A DNA stretch of 64,000 nucleotides from a virus (taxonomy: Duplodnaviria > Caudoviricetes): the IMG/VR virus record IMGVR_UViG_3300021387_000661, positions 160,001 through 224,000 of that record; one strand, given 5' to 3'. Numbering within the stretch: the stretch's first letter is position 1; the number at the start of each line of letters is the position of its first letter. The notes under the pieces were generated by a model. It did no database searches. It saw only the letters and a list, made by a program, of their open reading frames with translations, and had not been told where the DNA came from. The position numbers were made by a program, and so were the translations under genes. Shown here piece after piece: positions 49,264 through 59,034 of this stretch.

Positions 49264-50043
49264 TTACCACTGGAATAACTTTGGTGTATATGTATAACCA
49301 ATTGTTATACCCACTCCAACTGTAGGTACAAACTTCCGGTTGATAAAGTCATAACTGAAACTGAAATTAGGTCCGACTGCAATACCAATACCATTACTCT
49401 TCCTCATATCCCTTTCATATTTCTTACTTGGTTCTGCAACTATACCAAGACCTGAATTGAATGTGAGTCCGGGATAATCAGATCTTAAACGGATATATGT
49501 CTCACTTGTTTTTGTATTTCTTTCCAACCATCCCTCAACAAAGATATTTTGATTAAGTGCAAAGGTTGCATCACCTGTGAATAATTTATTTTCGTTCACA
49601 TTATATGGGATGTTCACAGAAAATGAACGGCTTGAACGTCCAAACAAATCATTTCTTTCAAATCTAATTGAACCACCTTCTACCTGTGCATCAACTTCTT
49701 TCACAATAATGGTTTCAACTGTTACTGTGTCTTTTATGTTAAGATGTGTATTGATATAAGAAACATATTCACTGTTCTTTTTCTTAAGAAGACCAATACT
49801 GTCTCTCAATTCTTGTTGTGTGAGTTGATATGCATGTTTTTCTGCATTTACCCTTCCAAGTTCATCCTTATAATTTGTAATTTGTTCTGTGAGTGCAATT
49901 CTGTTATTCTCCTGCCTACTGATTTCATCATTCCTTTTACTGATTGTAGTATGTTGTGCAGATATAATGATACCCATAATAACAATAACACCTATAAGCA
50001 GCCAAGTCTTATACTTTTTCAAAAACTCTAAAACCTTCTTCAT
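49264..50043 (-). CDS. membrane-anchored coiled-coil protein, spanin-like
   Basis: N-terminal TM helix, coiled coil, C-terminal amphipathic beta-hairpin ending in W; late motif at 50079-50072. Confidence 0.45.
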   Translation of the reverse strand: MKKVLEFLKKYKTWLLIGVIVIMGIIISAQHTTISKRNDEISRQENNRIALTEQITNYKDELGRVNAEKHAYQLTQQELRDSIGLLKKKNSEYVSYINTHLNIKDTVTVETIIVKEVDAQVEGGSIRFERNDLFGRSSRSFSVNIPYNVNENKLFTGDATFALNQNIFVEGWLERNTKTSETYIRLRSDYPGLTFNSGLGIVAEPSKKYERDMRKSNGIGIAVGPNFSFSYDFINRKFVPTVGVGITIGYTYTPKLFQW

Positions 50044-50085
50044 TAGTTTGTTATATTTAAGATGTATAAAATATTTATGATAAAA

Positions 50086-50117
50086 TTTGGATTTGTCATA
50101 AAAATGTATTATATTTG
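50086..50117 (+). promoter_or_regulatory. Bacteroidota sigmaA-type promoter TTTG-N20-TATATTTG
   Basis: Consensus match. Confidence 0.7.
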
Positions 50118-50140
50118 TGACAGAAATAAAAGATAAAAGT

Positions 50141-50623
50141 ATGGAGATAATTGTACCAATTGGAATTTCAGGGTCTGGAAAGAGCAGACTTTATAATATG
50201 AGATACAGTGACCTTACACTTGTATCCCCTGACCTTATCCGCAAGGAACTCACTGGAAATATAAGTGACCAGAAGAAAAACAAAGAAGTATTTGAAGAGG
50301 TGGACAGAAGGGTGGCAAATCTGGTAAAGAAGGGTGAGTCATTCTTCTATGATGCAACCAATGTCAATCCTGAATTCAGGAAGAAGTTTGTTGAGCAGTT
50401 CAGAGGAACAGATGTGAAAGTCATCTATGTTGTCCTGCCAGCAGATATGCAAGTATCTTATATGAGAATCAAGCAGGATTTGAAAAACAAGGTTGACAGA
50501 AGTAAAGTACCTTTTGAAGTTCTTATCAGGCAGAAGGGATTCTACAACAAATCTCTCGAATCAAACTTTGAAGGAGAGAATGTACAGGAAATCATTTACA
50601 TTAAAGAAGGAGAATTGGATTAG
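50141..50623 (+). CDS. P-loop polynucleotide kinase-like protein (AAA_33)
   Basis: GISGSGKS, SPDLIRKEL, YDATN..R, R..VP..V..R motifs. Confidence 0.8.
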   Translation: MEIIVPIGISGSGKSRLYNMRYSDLTLVSPDLIRKELTGNISDQKKNKEVFEEVDRRVANLVKKGESFFYDATNVNPEFRKKFVEQFRGTDVKVIYVVLPADMQVSYMRIKQDLKNKVDRSKVPFEVLIRQKGFYNKSLESNFEGENVQEIIYIKEGELD

Positions 50624-50624
50624 T

Positions 50625-50885
50625 ATGAAAAAGATTTTGATATTTATTATTGGACTTATTCTTTTCTGTTCTTGTGATCAAAAGACACCACAACAGAAAG
50701 AAAGGGCAAGGTATGAATATATAAGTAGAGATTGTCAAGGCAGTGCTGAATTATTTGAATTGACATTTCCCAATGAATATGGTGAAAAAAGAACACATCA
50801 GTTTATTATAGTACATTTTTCAGACAATATGAATGGTATTGCTCACTGGCCTGACTGCAAGTATTGTAAAGAAAGAGGATTGTAA
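50625..50885 (+). CDS. putative lipoprotein
   Basis: MKKILIFIIGLILFCSC lipobox-like signal. Confidence 0.6.
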   Translation: MKKILIFIIGLILFCSCDQKTPQQKERARYEYISRDCQGSAELFELTFPNEYGEKRTHQFIIVHFSDNMNGIAHWPDCKYCKERGL

Positions 50886-50887
50886 TT

Positions 50888-51475
50888 ATGTACACATTAC
50901 AAATAGAAGATCCAGATAAGTTGTTTATGACCTCAGACAGTCACTTCAATCATTTCAACATCTGCAAATACTGTCACCGTCCATTCACATCAAGAAGTGA
51001 GATGGATCAGACACTCATCAAGAACTGGAATGAGGTTGTTCCTGAAGATGGTATTGTTGTCCACTGTGGAGACTTTATGCTTCCACATAATATGGGTACA
51101 AAAGAATATGAGAAATTCTGGAAAAAACTCAACTTCAAAACTCTATTACATTTGAGAGGAAACCATGACAGAATAGAATGTGGAGATTATGAATTTGAAG
51201 GTAAGACTATTATTGTAAGAGATGTTGCAATGATAGTTGTTGATGGTGTAAAGATTTATGCCCAACATTATCCTTGTGCAGCCTTCAATGGAGACTATCA
51301 TATATATGGTCATGTACATACCCTTTCTGATGGAATCTGTTATGGTATTGATGGTGATGTGAAGAAGGTTATGAAGAGAACCACTTATGATGTTGGTGTT
51401 GACCAGAACAATTATACACCTGTCTCATATTGGCAACTCTGTGACATTATCAGGAAGCAATTGAGTGAAAAATAA
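50888..51475 (+). CDS. calcineurin-like metallophosphoesterase
   Basis: SDSHFNH, CGDF, RGNHD, HYP, GHVH, DVGVD. Confidence 0.9.
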   Translation: MYTLQIEDPDKLFMTSDSHFNHFNICKYCHRPFTSRSEMDQTLIKNWNEVVPEDGIVVHCGDFMLPHNMGTKEYEKFWKKLNFKTLLHLRGNHDRIECGDYEFEGKTIIVRDVAMIVVDGVKIYAQHYPCAAFNGDYHIYGHVHTLSDGICYGIDGDVKKVMKRTTYDVGVDQNNYTPVSYWQLCDIIRKQLSEK

Positions 51476-51476
51476 T

Positions 51477-51656
51477 ATGGTAATTAAGTTTGAAGACATA
51501 ACTGATCAACAGTGTGCAGACATCATTGCTCATTTTGTTAAGAGGAAAAATGCAAATGAGATAATCATCCATACAAAGACAGAGGATATTGTGATAAAAA
51601 AGCAACCAAGGGTTGATGATTATTTTGATGTTATGCCTCCTATTGTTATAATATAG
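51477..51656 (+). CDS. small hypothetical protein
   Basis: Packed ORF (ATG at 51477). Confidence 0.5.
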   Translation: MVIKFEDITDQQCADIIAHFVKRKNANEIIIHTKTEDIVIKKQPRVDDYFDVMPPIVII

Positions 51657-51766
51657 TGTACCAATGAAAAAGGGTTAGTAGTAGTGTCCTGAAGTCAGTA
51701 ACCCTGAGATAATATCAAAATCAACGGTAAGACGTAGATGAGCTGTAGTCAGGACTTTGGTACACT
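51655..51766. ncRNA. candidate pseudoknotted structured RNA
   Basis: 10-bp closing stem 51655-64/51757-66; crossing 7-bp helices 51671-77/51699-705 and 51686-92/51749-55. Confidence 0.5.
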
Positions 51767-51866
51767 TTTGTTATATTTAATATAAGTTTGTCCATTCTTT
51801 CAAAATGGACTGGTGTGGGAAAGATTTGAACTCGAAAAATTATTAACAATCAAATCCCTAAAAATT

Positions 51867-53249
51867 ATGTTTATTTCAAAAAACAAAGCATTCCGTGAGG
51901 AATATTGTGCATCCGTAGTAAGGATTGGTGAAACCTTTCCTATTGAAGGTAAGGACAGGATCGTAAAGACCATTGTCAATGGATTGTCAATTGTCATTGG
52001 AAAGGATGAATTCAAGACTGGTGACATTGCTGTCTATTGTTCAATTGAGACCTGTCTGCATGAACTGTTCCTCCACCTCAACTCAATGTATGAGGACAAG
52101 GAACTCAATGCGGACCAGGAAAAAAAGGGTTATATCAACAAGCATGGTCGCATCCGTGTCATCAGACTTGGTGGTGTTCCTTCCTATGGTCTTCTCATCC
52201 ATCCTTCATCTATTGCAACCTTCATCAATGAACCTGTTGAAGATGTTGTTAAGTTCCTTGAAGCACACATTGGTGAGGACTTTGATGAGATCAATGGTGA
52301 GAGGTTCTGCCAGGTCTTTGTACCTCCAGTAAAGTGTTCCAACCAGCCTGGTTCAAAGGCTGAAAGACTCAAGAAGAAACTTGACAGGTTCAAGATGCTT
52401 ATTGAGGGTTCATTCAGACTTCATTATGATACCAGCCCTCTTGCAAAGAATATGAGGGACATTAATCCTGATGATGAAGTGTACATCTCTGTGAAGGTGC
52501 ATGGTACGTCTGCGATTTTCGCAAACATTCTGACCAATGTTCCTACCAACTGGTTCAAGAGAATGTGGAGGAAGTATGTAAGGCATACTAATGAGTATGA
52601 CCAGAAGTACAACCTTGTCTATTCTTCAAGGACTGTCATCAAGAATGAGTATATCAACAAGAAGCAGAAGCCTGGTGGATACTATTCTGATGATGTGTGG
52701 GGATACTGGGGAAAGAAGTTGGATGGACTTATTCCACAGGACTACTGCATCTATTGTGAAATCGTTGGTTTTACACCAAATGGTTCTCCTATCCAGAAGG
52801 GTTATGACTATGGTTGTACCCATGTGGCAGAAGAGAAGTCCAAGTTGATGGTTTACCGTGCCACCAAGGCGGGTAAGGAACTTGAAATCTCTGAAGTCAT
52901 TAAGATTGGTGAAATGCTCAAGGAGAAGTTGGGTGACATCATTATGCCTTTCCCTCTTCTTTATTATGGAACACTGCATGACCTTTATCCTGATGTAGAT
53001 GTCCAGAACCACTGGCATGAGAATGTCCTTGAACTCTTGAAGACTGAAAAGAAATTCAAGATGGAAGAAATGGAACCTCTTTGTAGGACTAAAGTTCCAA
53101 GAGAGGGATTTGTTCTCCGTAAGGGTAATGACCCTGTATCAGAAGCCTGGAAGTTAAAGTGCTTCAAGTTCCTTGAAAAGGAAAGGGCTCTGATGGATGC
53201 CGGTGAGGTGGATATGGAAATGGAAGCAGGATACACAGAAGGTGCTTAA
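51867..53249 (+). CDS. RNA ligase (Rnl2 / DRB0094-like) with N-terminal OB domain
   Basis: Motif I KVHGTS, motif III CEIVG, motif IV REGFVLR, motif V WKLK..FL; N-terminal PIEGKDRI...GDIAVY. Confidence 0.8.
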   Translation: MFISKNKAFREEYCASVVRIGETFPIEGKDRIVKTIVNGLSIVIGKDEFKTGDIAVYCSIETCLHELFLHLNSMYEDKELNADQEKKGYINKHGRIRVIRLGGVPSYGLLIHPSSIATFINEPVEDVVKFLEAHIGEDFDEINGERFCQVFVPPVKCSNQPGSKAERLKKKLDRFKMLIEGSFRLHYDTSPLAKNMRDINPDDEVYISVKVHGTSAIFANILTNVPTNWFKRMWRKYVRHTNEYDQKYNLVYSSRTVIKNEYINKKQKPGGYYSDDVWGYWGKKLDGLIPQDYCIYCEIVGFTPNGSPIQKGYDYGCTHVAEEKSKLMVYRATKAGKELEISEVIKIGEMLKEKLGDIIMPFPLLYYGTLHDLYPDVDVQNHWHENVLELLKTEKKFKMEEMEPLCRTKVPREGFVLRKGNDPVSEAWKLKCFKFLEKERALMDAGEVDMEMEAGYTEGA

Positions 53250-53291
53250 TTAAATTGGGAGATGAAAAATCTCCCAATTTTTTCACTTTTA

Positions 53292-53323
53292 TTTGGAAAT
53301 GTCAAAAATTTGTTGTATCTTTG
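53292..53323 (+). promoter_or_regulatory. Bacteroidota sigmaA-type promoter TTTG-N20-TATCTTTG
   Basis: Consensus match just after terminator 53252-53283. Confidence 0.75.
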
Positions 53324-53348
53324 TAGTACAAAACAAATAGATAAAGAT

Positions 53349-53609
53349 ATGGAAATTTTTAGAGCAAATTTTGACAAGTGGGTTTGGGATGATGCATATG
53401 GTAGTTGTCATGTTGAACATATAGAAATTGGTTACTATTCATCAAGAGATTTGGCGGAAAAGGAACTATATCTTTATATTTCACAGAGAATCAAAGATAT
53501 TGATAAGGAAAAAATCAAAAAGTATATATCACAGTCAAGTAAGAGTAACAAGATTATCATTAATAAGGATAACTATTATTGGATTGAATCCATAGATGTA
53601 AAAGAATAA
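53349..53609 (+). CDS. hypothetical early protein
   Basis: ATG at 53349, downstream of promoter. Confidence 0.6.
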   Translation: MEIFRANFDKWVWDDAYGSCHVEHIEIGYYSSRDLAEKELYLYISQRIKDIDKEKIKKYISQSSKSNKIIINKDNYYWIESIDVKE

Positions 53610-53615
53610 AAGAAT

Positions 53616-54161
53616 ATGGAAGAAAAGAAATTCAATATCGGTGATAAGGTTATCTGTATCAACAAACAGTATTATGGTAATAGCTTCCATAATGGTTTGA
53701 GTAACAAAATAGATAATCATTTCATAAAAAGTTCAATTGTAAGTGATGTATATGAATATACTTATGGTTGGAAAGGTAAAGTGTTTTATATAAACAATTA
53801 CCATCACCAAGTTGATTCCATTGGAGATTCTTGTACTTATCAATATGGTGAGGTTTGTGAGAAAGATGGTATGCGTACATCTGATCCCAGGGATACTGAT
53901 AATATCTGGTATCATACTGAAAAAGATGTTGATGAAATTAAAAGAGTCATCAATGAATGTAAAGAAGATTTTCATAAGAAGTGTGAAGAATCAAGACAGG
54001 AGGAGATCAGCAAACTTGAAGCTGAAATCAGGTCTACTCAACACCGCATAGATGAATTGAAGAAAGGTGATAAGTTTATGTATTGTGGGTTGATGAGATC
54101 TGAAAAGGAATGGAATGATAGGATGGATGAAATCATCAATGATGCCATTGGTAAAAAATAA
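53616..54161 (+). CDS. hypothetical protein
   Basis: KFNIGDKV SH3-like start; coiled-coil end. Confidence 0.6.
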   Translation: MEEKKFNIGDKVICINKQYYGNSFHNGLSNKIDNHFIKSSIVSDVYEYTYGWKGKVFYINNYHHQVDSIGDSCTYQYGEVCEKDGMRTSDPRDTDNIWYHTEKDVDEIKRVINECKEDFHKKCEESRQEEISKLEAEIRSTQHRIDELKKGDKFMYCGLMRSEKEWNDRMDEIINDAIGKK

Positions 54162-54166
54162 AGAAT

Positions 54167-54640
54167 ATGTTACAGAAAGAGAATAAGATTGAACTGAAAG
54201 TTGGAGATGTTATCCGTTTCAATAGGGCAAGGAAACATCATAAAATTGTGAATATGTTTGAATATGAAGGTAAGACATATTTCACATATACACCAATTGG
54301 AGATTATCCTTCATTCCACACCACTTCAAAAGATGCTCTTTGTGGTGTTTACACCTTTTATGGAAATGTCTATGATGGTGTTGTTGAGGTGAATGGTTAT
54401 CAGGTTCGAGGTACTGGAGGTAAAATCCTTTCAACGCCTAAACCTGTACAGGAGAAAATCAAGAAAGACACCACAAAGAAAGAACTGACTGATTTTCAGA
54501 AGTTCTTCAATGTGCAGTGCAGTGGTAGAATCAATATGACAGATATTGTCACTGGTTCAAGACTTGTTGGGATTTCTGAACAGAAATATGAGGATATCCT
54601 TTTCCACTATGATGAATACAAATCTGGTAAAAGACAATAA
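54167..54640 (+). CDS. hypothetical protein
   Basis: Packed ORF. Confidence 0.6.
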   Translation: MLQKENKIELKVGDVIRFNRARKHHKIVNMFEYEGKTYFTYTPIGDYPSFHTTSKDALCGVYTFYGNVYDGVVEVNGYQVRGTGGKILSTPKPVQEKIKKDTTKKELTDFQKFFNVQCSGRINMTDIVTGSRLVGISEQKYEDILFHYDEYKSGKRQ

Positions 54641-54641
54641 T

Positions 54642-54962
54642 ATGAAAGAGATTCATTTTTACACCAACCTCACCAATGAGGAACAGACATCTGAATGGGA
54701 TCTTGACACTATGTGTGTGGATTATTTCACATCCAATGAAGCAATTGAGAACCCAGATGAGAAGATGGTGAAGACAACCCAGCTCTGTCTGTTGAGGAAT
54801 GCCTGGGATTACATTGACCGGGGTGACAGGGTGTTCATTCACAATGGTGATAAAGTGTTTGAAGTCCTTGAGGGGAAGTATGAGAACACTGGCAAGGAAA
54901 TCAGAAGAGGTATGGACATCTCCAAACTTCTTATAGGTGGTACATTTGGTAAAATCTATTGA
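54642..54962 (+). CDS. hypothetical protein
   Basis: Packed ORF (ATG at 54642). Confidence 0.55.
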   Translation: MKEIHFYTNLTNEEQTSEWDLDTMCVDYFTSNEAIENPDEKMVKTTQLCLLRNAWDYIDRGDRVFIHNGDKVFEVLEGKYENTGKEIRRGMDISKLLIGGTFGKIY

Positions 54963-54963
54963 A

Positions 54964-55272
54964 ATGACAGAACGGGAACTTCAATGTTTTGATGGTATTG
55001 GAAGGGGTCGCTGGGGTGAAGAGCACTCAAAGGTTCTTGCCTGGGCTGATTCACATCCAACCTGGAAAGTTGCAGCAGATGAACTTCCAGTTGAAGATGG
55101 AGAATATCTGATTGTTATTGAAAGCTTAAATAAACTAATCAGATATGTTGAAATCTGCAACTATGACAAAAAACATAAATCATTCACTTGTTGGGATTAT
55201 CACAATGATACAATCTGTACATACAAGAAGAAAGATGTGAAATATTGGATGAAAATTCCAGATTATAAGTAA
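54964..55272 (+). CDS. DUF551-like phage protein
   Basis: W....DELPVEDGEYLIV ... VKYWMKIP. Confidence 0.6.
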   Translation: MTERELQCFDGIGRGRWGEEHSKVLAWADSHPTWKVAADELPVEDGEYLIVIESLNKLIRYVEICNYDKKHKSFTCWDYHNDTICTYKKKDVKYWMKIPDYK

Positions 55273-55277
55273 AAAAA

Positions 55278-55309
55278 TTTGGAATTTTCATTTTTTTGTT
55301 GTATCTTTG
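55278..55309 (+). promoter_or_regulatory. Bacteroidota sigmaA-type promoter TTTG-N20-TATCTTTG
   Basis: Consensus match. Confidence 0.75.
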
Positions 55310-55333
55310 TAGTAGAAATTAAAACAAAGTATT

Positions 55334-55888
55334 ATGAATAACAAAACACGTTTTCGCATTCTCAACAAGACTCGTGAGACTGTAACCCTCAAACTTCAGG
55401 ATAAACCTATGACCTTCTCTTGGGAGGAGTTCAACAAGAAACTTGTTGTAGTGGACAAGGTGTGGGCTGTCCTTAATGAGACAGAACAGAAAAAGCAGAA
55501 TGAAGCAGAAGAACTCATCAGTGATACTGTTGTCTCTGTAATGATCCAGAATGGAAATAGTGATGCCAGGACTAAATTGGCACATATGATGATGATCGGT
55601 AAGAATGTTGAAAGGATTACCGAACTCCTGGAATGTACCAGACTGGAAGCAATGCAGCTTATTCGTAAGAGACTGATGATGCTGAATCCATTTATGGTCA
55701 ATCCTATGTTCAGTGAAGAAGATATGAACAGGAATGGTATCCATCACAAGAAACAGCGTGGTGGTAACCCCAACAGGGATAAGGATGGTAACCGTGAAGT
55801 TGCATCCACTGTCGAGAACAAACCTACCCTTGGTGATGCCTTTGCTTGTCTGGGTGAGTTGAAAGAGAAATTGGACAAAGAGGATTAA
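55334..55888 (+). CDS. hypothetical protein (C-terminal TLGD...L.ELKEKL motif)
   Basis: First ORF after promoter. Confidence 0.65.
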   Translation: MNNKTRFRILNKTRETVTLKLQDKPMTFSWEEFNKKLVVVDKVWAVLNETEQKKQNEAEELISDTVVSVMIQNGNSDARTKLAHMMMIGKNVERITELLECTRLEAMQLIRKRLMMLNPFMVNPMFSEEDMNRNGIHHKKQRGGNPNRDKDGNREVASTVENKPTLGDAFACLGELKEKLDKED

Positions 55889-55890
55889 TT

Positions 55891-56226
55891 ATGAAGAAGA
55901 TTATATTTATACTTATTTCACTTTTATGTCTGTGCTCTTGTACTCATAACTATAAATGTGTTGTGAAATATGAGATATCTTATCCAGATACATCCTGGGT
56001 AAATGTTTATGAATTTGATGGTGTTAAGGAGGCATTTGCAAAGGTGTATACAGCATCAATATATAAAACCTTATTTGTGTATCCGAATGGACATACAAAT
56101 ATAGGAAGATATGAAATTGCAACTACCCCAGAAGGTAACTCAAAAATAACCATACTTGATTATAAGATGTATAAGTATGGTATAGATATTCCAAAAAAGA
56201 AAAGTAATGAAGAGAGAAGATTTTAA
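55891..56226 (+). CDS. putative lipoprotein
   Basis: MKKIIFILISLLCLCSC lipobox-like signal. Confidence 0.6.
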   Translation: MKKIIFILISLLCLCSCTHNYKCVVKYEISYPDTSWVNVYEFDGVKEAFAKVYTASIYKTLFVYPNGHTNIGRYEIATTPEGNSKITILDYKMYKYGIDIPKKKSNEERRF

Positions 56227-57625
56227 GGAGATAACAAAATACATTGGAAGTATCATTAAGGGTACTTCCTTTGATGGTCATGTCTATACTGTAGGCGGAT
56301 CAGTTCGTGATTTTTATATGGGTAATGACATCAAGGACATTGACCTGGTTATTGACTTTCCTCACGGTGGTGTGGATTTTGCCAATTGGTGTAAGGAACA
56401 GGGATACACCAAAACTGTGGTCATATATGAAACATATGGTACTGCAATGTTCAAGTTCAAGCAGTATCCTGATGAGGAAATTGAATGTGTGATGACAAGG
56501 GGTGAGAAGTATCTTGATAAGGATTCAAGAAACCCTGTGACTGCATTTGCAGATATCAATGAAGATACAATCAGAAGAGACCTCACCATCAATGCCCTTT
56601 ATTATAACTGTTCTACTGGAGAGATTCTTGATTTAGTGGGTGGTCAGGAAGACATAAAGAATCACATCATCAGAACTACCAATACTGACCCTGATGTGGT
56701 GTTTGATGATGATCCGCTGCGAATCCTTCGTATCGTAAGATTTGCTACAAGATATGGATGGGAGATTGAGAAAAAGACATACAAGTCTATGAAGAAGTAT
56801 GTCAAGAGACTCAGGATCATCACCAAGGAAAGAATCCAGGCGGAGTTCAACAAGATTCTGATGTCTGAAAATGCAGTAATGGGTATCAATATGCTCCATG
56901 ATATTGGTGCAATGACATTTATTGTTCCTGAATTTGAGAAGTGTTATGGCCTCAAGCAGAATGCTTATCATTTTGGTGATGTTGCTGAACACACCCTTGC
57001 TGTCCTTGACTATCACTGTAAACATTTTGATGCAGATTTGACTGAAAGACTTGCTTGTTTCCTTCATGATATTGGAAAGACTGCAACCAGGACTGTAAAG
57101 GATGGAAAGGTTCATTTCTATGATCATGAGTATGTGGGTGCAGTAATGATTGATGACATTCTCAGGGCACTGAAGTATGACAATAACACTATCAAGGAAG
57201 TTCAGTTTCTCATCAGAAACCATATGAGGACTAAGCAGACTGGTGATGGTGCAAAGTATATCAAGGATAAGACTCTCAACAAACTCCTTTATGAGTGCGA
57301 GACTTTTGAGAGGTTCAAGTCTCTTATGAGAATTATAGAGTGTGACAATGAGGCACATGCAAAGGATTGCTGCATTCACAACCAGTATGAAGGACTGGTC
57401 AAGAGAGTGGAGTCTGATGAGAACCATATGAAGATGTTTAGTTACAAACTCCCTATCACTGGTGAGGACATTATGGAAGTCCTTGACATCAAACCAGGAC
57501 CGATCATTGCTGAAATCAACAAAAGACTTCTCAACCAGGCATTTATGGATCCTGGAATCACAAGGGGAAGATGTATCCAACTTCTTCCAGGTATCAAGAA
57601 ACAAGCAGAACAAGTTGTAAAATAG
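56207..57625 (+). CDS. cca: tRNA nucleotidyltransferase (CCA-adding enzyme) with HD domain
   Basis: VGGSVRD, DIDL, RRDLTINA, DDPLRILR, ERIQAEF, H...LHDIGK. Confidence 0.9.
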   Translation: MKREDFKEITKYIGSIIKGTSFDGHVYTVGGSVRDFYMGNDIKDIDLVIDFPHGGVDFANWCKEQGYTKTVVIYETYGTAMFKFKQYPDEEIECVMTRGEKYLDKDSRNPVTAFADINEDTIRRDLTINALYYNCSTGEILDLVGGQEDIKNHIIRTTNTDPDVVFDDDPLRILRIVRFATRYGWEIEKKTYKSMKKYVKRLRIITKERIQAEFNKILMSENAVMGINMLHDIGAMTFIVPEFEKCYGLKQNAYHFGDVAEHTLAVLDYHCKHFDADLTERLACFLHDIGKTATRTVKDGKVHFYDHEYVGAVMIDDILRALKYDNNTIKEVQFLIRNHMRTKQTGDGAKYIKDKTLNKLLYECETFERFKSLMRIIECDNEAHAKDCCIHNQYEGLVKRVESDENHMKMFSYKLPITGEDIMEVLDIKPGPIIAEINKRLLNQAFMDPGITRGRCIQLLPGIKKQAEQVVK

Positions 57626-57628
57626 ATT

Positions 57629-57886
57629 ATGAAATATAGAGACTTAATCAAGTTACTTGAACCTATTGCTGATGAAGAAATTAATATGACCTGTTCTTCT
57701 GAACAGGAATATCAAAGTCTTTATGATGATGATTCAGAACTTGGTGACAGGAAGAAGACAATTGATACAGTAAGGTTTTATCATTCACTTGATGATAATA
57801 ATGATTTTGTTGTTGGTGTGAAACAGGTCTATGATTCTGAATCATTTGATAACATTGGTGAAACAAAAGTTATAACAGAACTATAA
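57629..57886 (+). CDS. hypothetical protein
   Basis: Packed ORF. Confidence 0.55.
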   Translation: MKYRDLIKLLEPIADEEINMTCSSEQEYQSLYDDDSELGDRKKTIDTVRFYHSLDDNNDFVVGVKQVYDSESFDNIGETKVITEL

Positions 57887-57898
57887 TATATTAAGAAT

Positions 57899-58699
57899 AT
57901 GGAATTACTTTTACATTGGATGCGCAAGCAGGAGATTGATGACAAAATGATTTATAAGGAAGCTGCCATCAAACAGGAGTGCTTTATCAGAGACCAGATT
58001 TGTATGAATCTCCTCCGCACACATGCATTTGTAGTATCTACTCACAGGTCAAAATCTATTATTCTTCCTGTGTATGCATTCACTATGGAGAATGGTATCA
58101 AGGTGATTTGCAGGGAGAATTTCTATGGGTGGAAACTGTCTGTTGTACTTCCTAAATACAGACCTTGTGAAAACATCATTCCTGAAGACTTGATTGAAGG
58201 TGGATACAATGGAAACACATCCAAGTGTTATTTTGAGGGGTTCAAGGATGAATGGGTCTTTGAAGGATACAAACCTGATGATAAATATCAGATGCATTTT
58301 TCCTTTGGTATTTACAGTGATTATGATTTCTACACTGTAATGTATATGCTCAAGCATCTCTATGGGAAAGAAGATTTTTCAGAAGATGCAAAGGAGCTGA
58401 CAAAGGAATATGTAGTCAGTACCATCAACAGGATTTATGATGAGTTTGGTTACAATGAAATGGAGATGACCAATGACTGGGGAGAACCTACTGAAAGGAG
58501 AGTGATGTCTGGATGGGAGATTTTCTGGAAGACTCATAACTATCTTGGTGATTATGATTTCAGGAAAGACAAAGGTCTTGATTATATTAGTATTGGTATT
58601 GTTGACAGACCAGAAGAGTTTGCAGATTATATCCTCAAATATCCTGAAATTGCACAGACTTTTGTGTCAGAAGTAAAATCATATAACTTTGAATTTTAA
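57899..58699 (+). CDS. hypothetical protein
   Basis: Packed ORF; STHRSKSIILPVY motif. Confidence 0.65.
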   Translation: MELLLHWMRKQEIDDKMIYKEAAIKQECFIRDQICMNLLRTHAFVVSTHRSKSIILPVYAFTMENGIKVICRENFYGWKLSVVLPKYRPCENIIPEDLIEGGYNGNTSKCYFEGFKDEWVFEGYKPDDKYQMHFSFGIYSDYDFYTVMYMLKHLYGKEDFSEDAKELTKEYVVSTINRIYDEFGYNEMEMTNDWGEPTERRVMSGWEIFWKTHNYLGDYDFRKDKGLDYISIGIVDRPEEFADYILKYPEIAQTFVSEVKSYNFEF

Positions 58700-59034
58700 T
58701 GATGAAAAAAGTATCTGAAAAGTGGTTTAAAGACCATAATTGGAAGAAGTTTGTTGATAATCATATTGATGAAGATGGAATTGAAAGAAGACATCTCATA
58801 TATGAACTCAAACCAGATGGTTCCAAACTACATGCAAGGTATGACAGGATTATATATGTAGAAAATGGTAAGACTGTTAGTAGGTTTTATATGTTCTTTG
58901 CAAAGGGATGTACTGGGTTTGAGGTTCTGAATAGGGTTTCAAACAATAATTTCAGAGTGAACACAATCATCTCTGCATTGAATGTTGTAGGTTATGATGA
59001 GTTTGGTGATTGGATTGATGAAGACGTATTATGA
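58699..59034 (+). CDS. hypothetical protein
   Basis: TAATG-coupled ORF. Confidence 0.6.
   Translation: MMKKVSEKWFKDHNWKKFVDNHIDEDGIERRHLIYELKPDGSKLHARYDRIIYVENGKTVSRFYMFFAKGCTGFEVLNRVSNNNFRVNTIISALNVVGYDEFGDWIDEDVL

Noticed and set aside
51655-51766. tRNA gene or known ribozyme
   Set aside because: No cloverleaf or TTC T-loop, and no hammerhead CUGAnGA/GAAA core. No tRNA genes were recognised anywhere in the window.
56633-57613. Long antisense ORF (326 aa) and other shadow ORFs in the track
   Set aside because: They lie opposite well-supported genes (here cca), have no recognisable motifs, and are explained by sense-strand codon bias.
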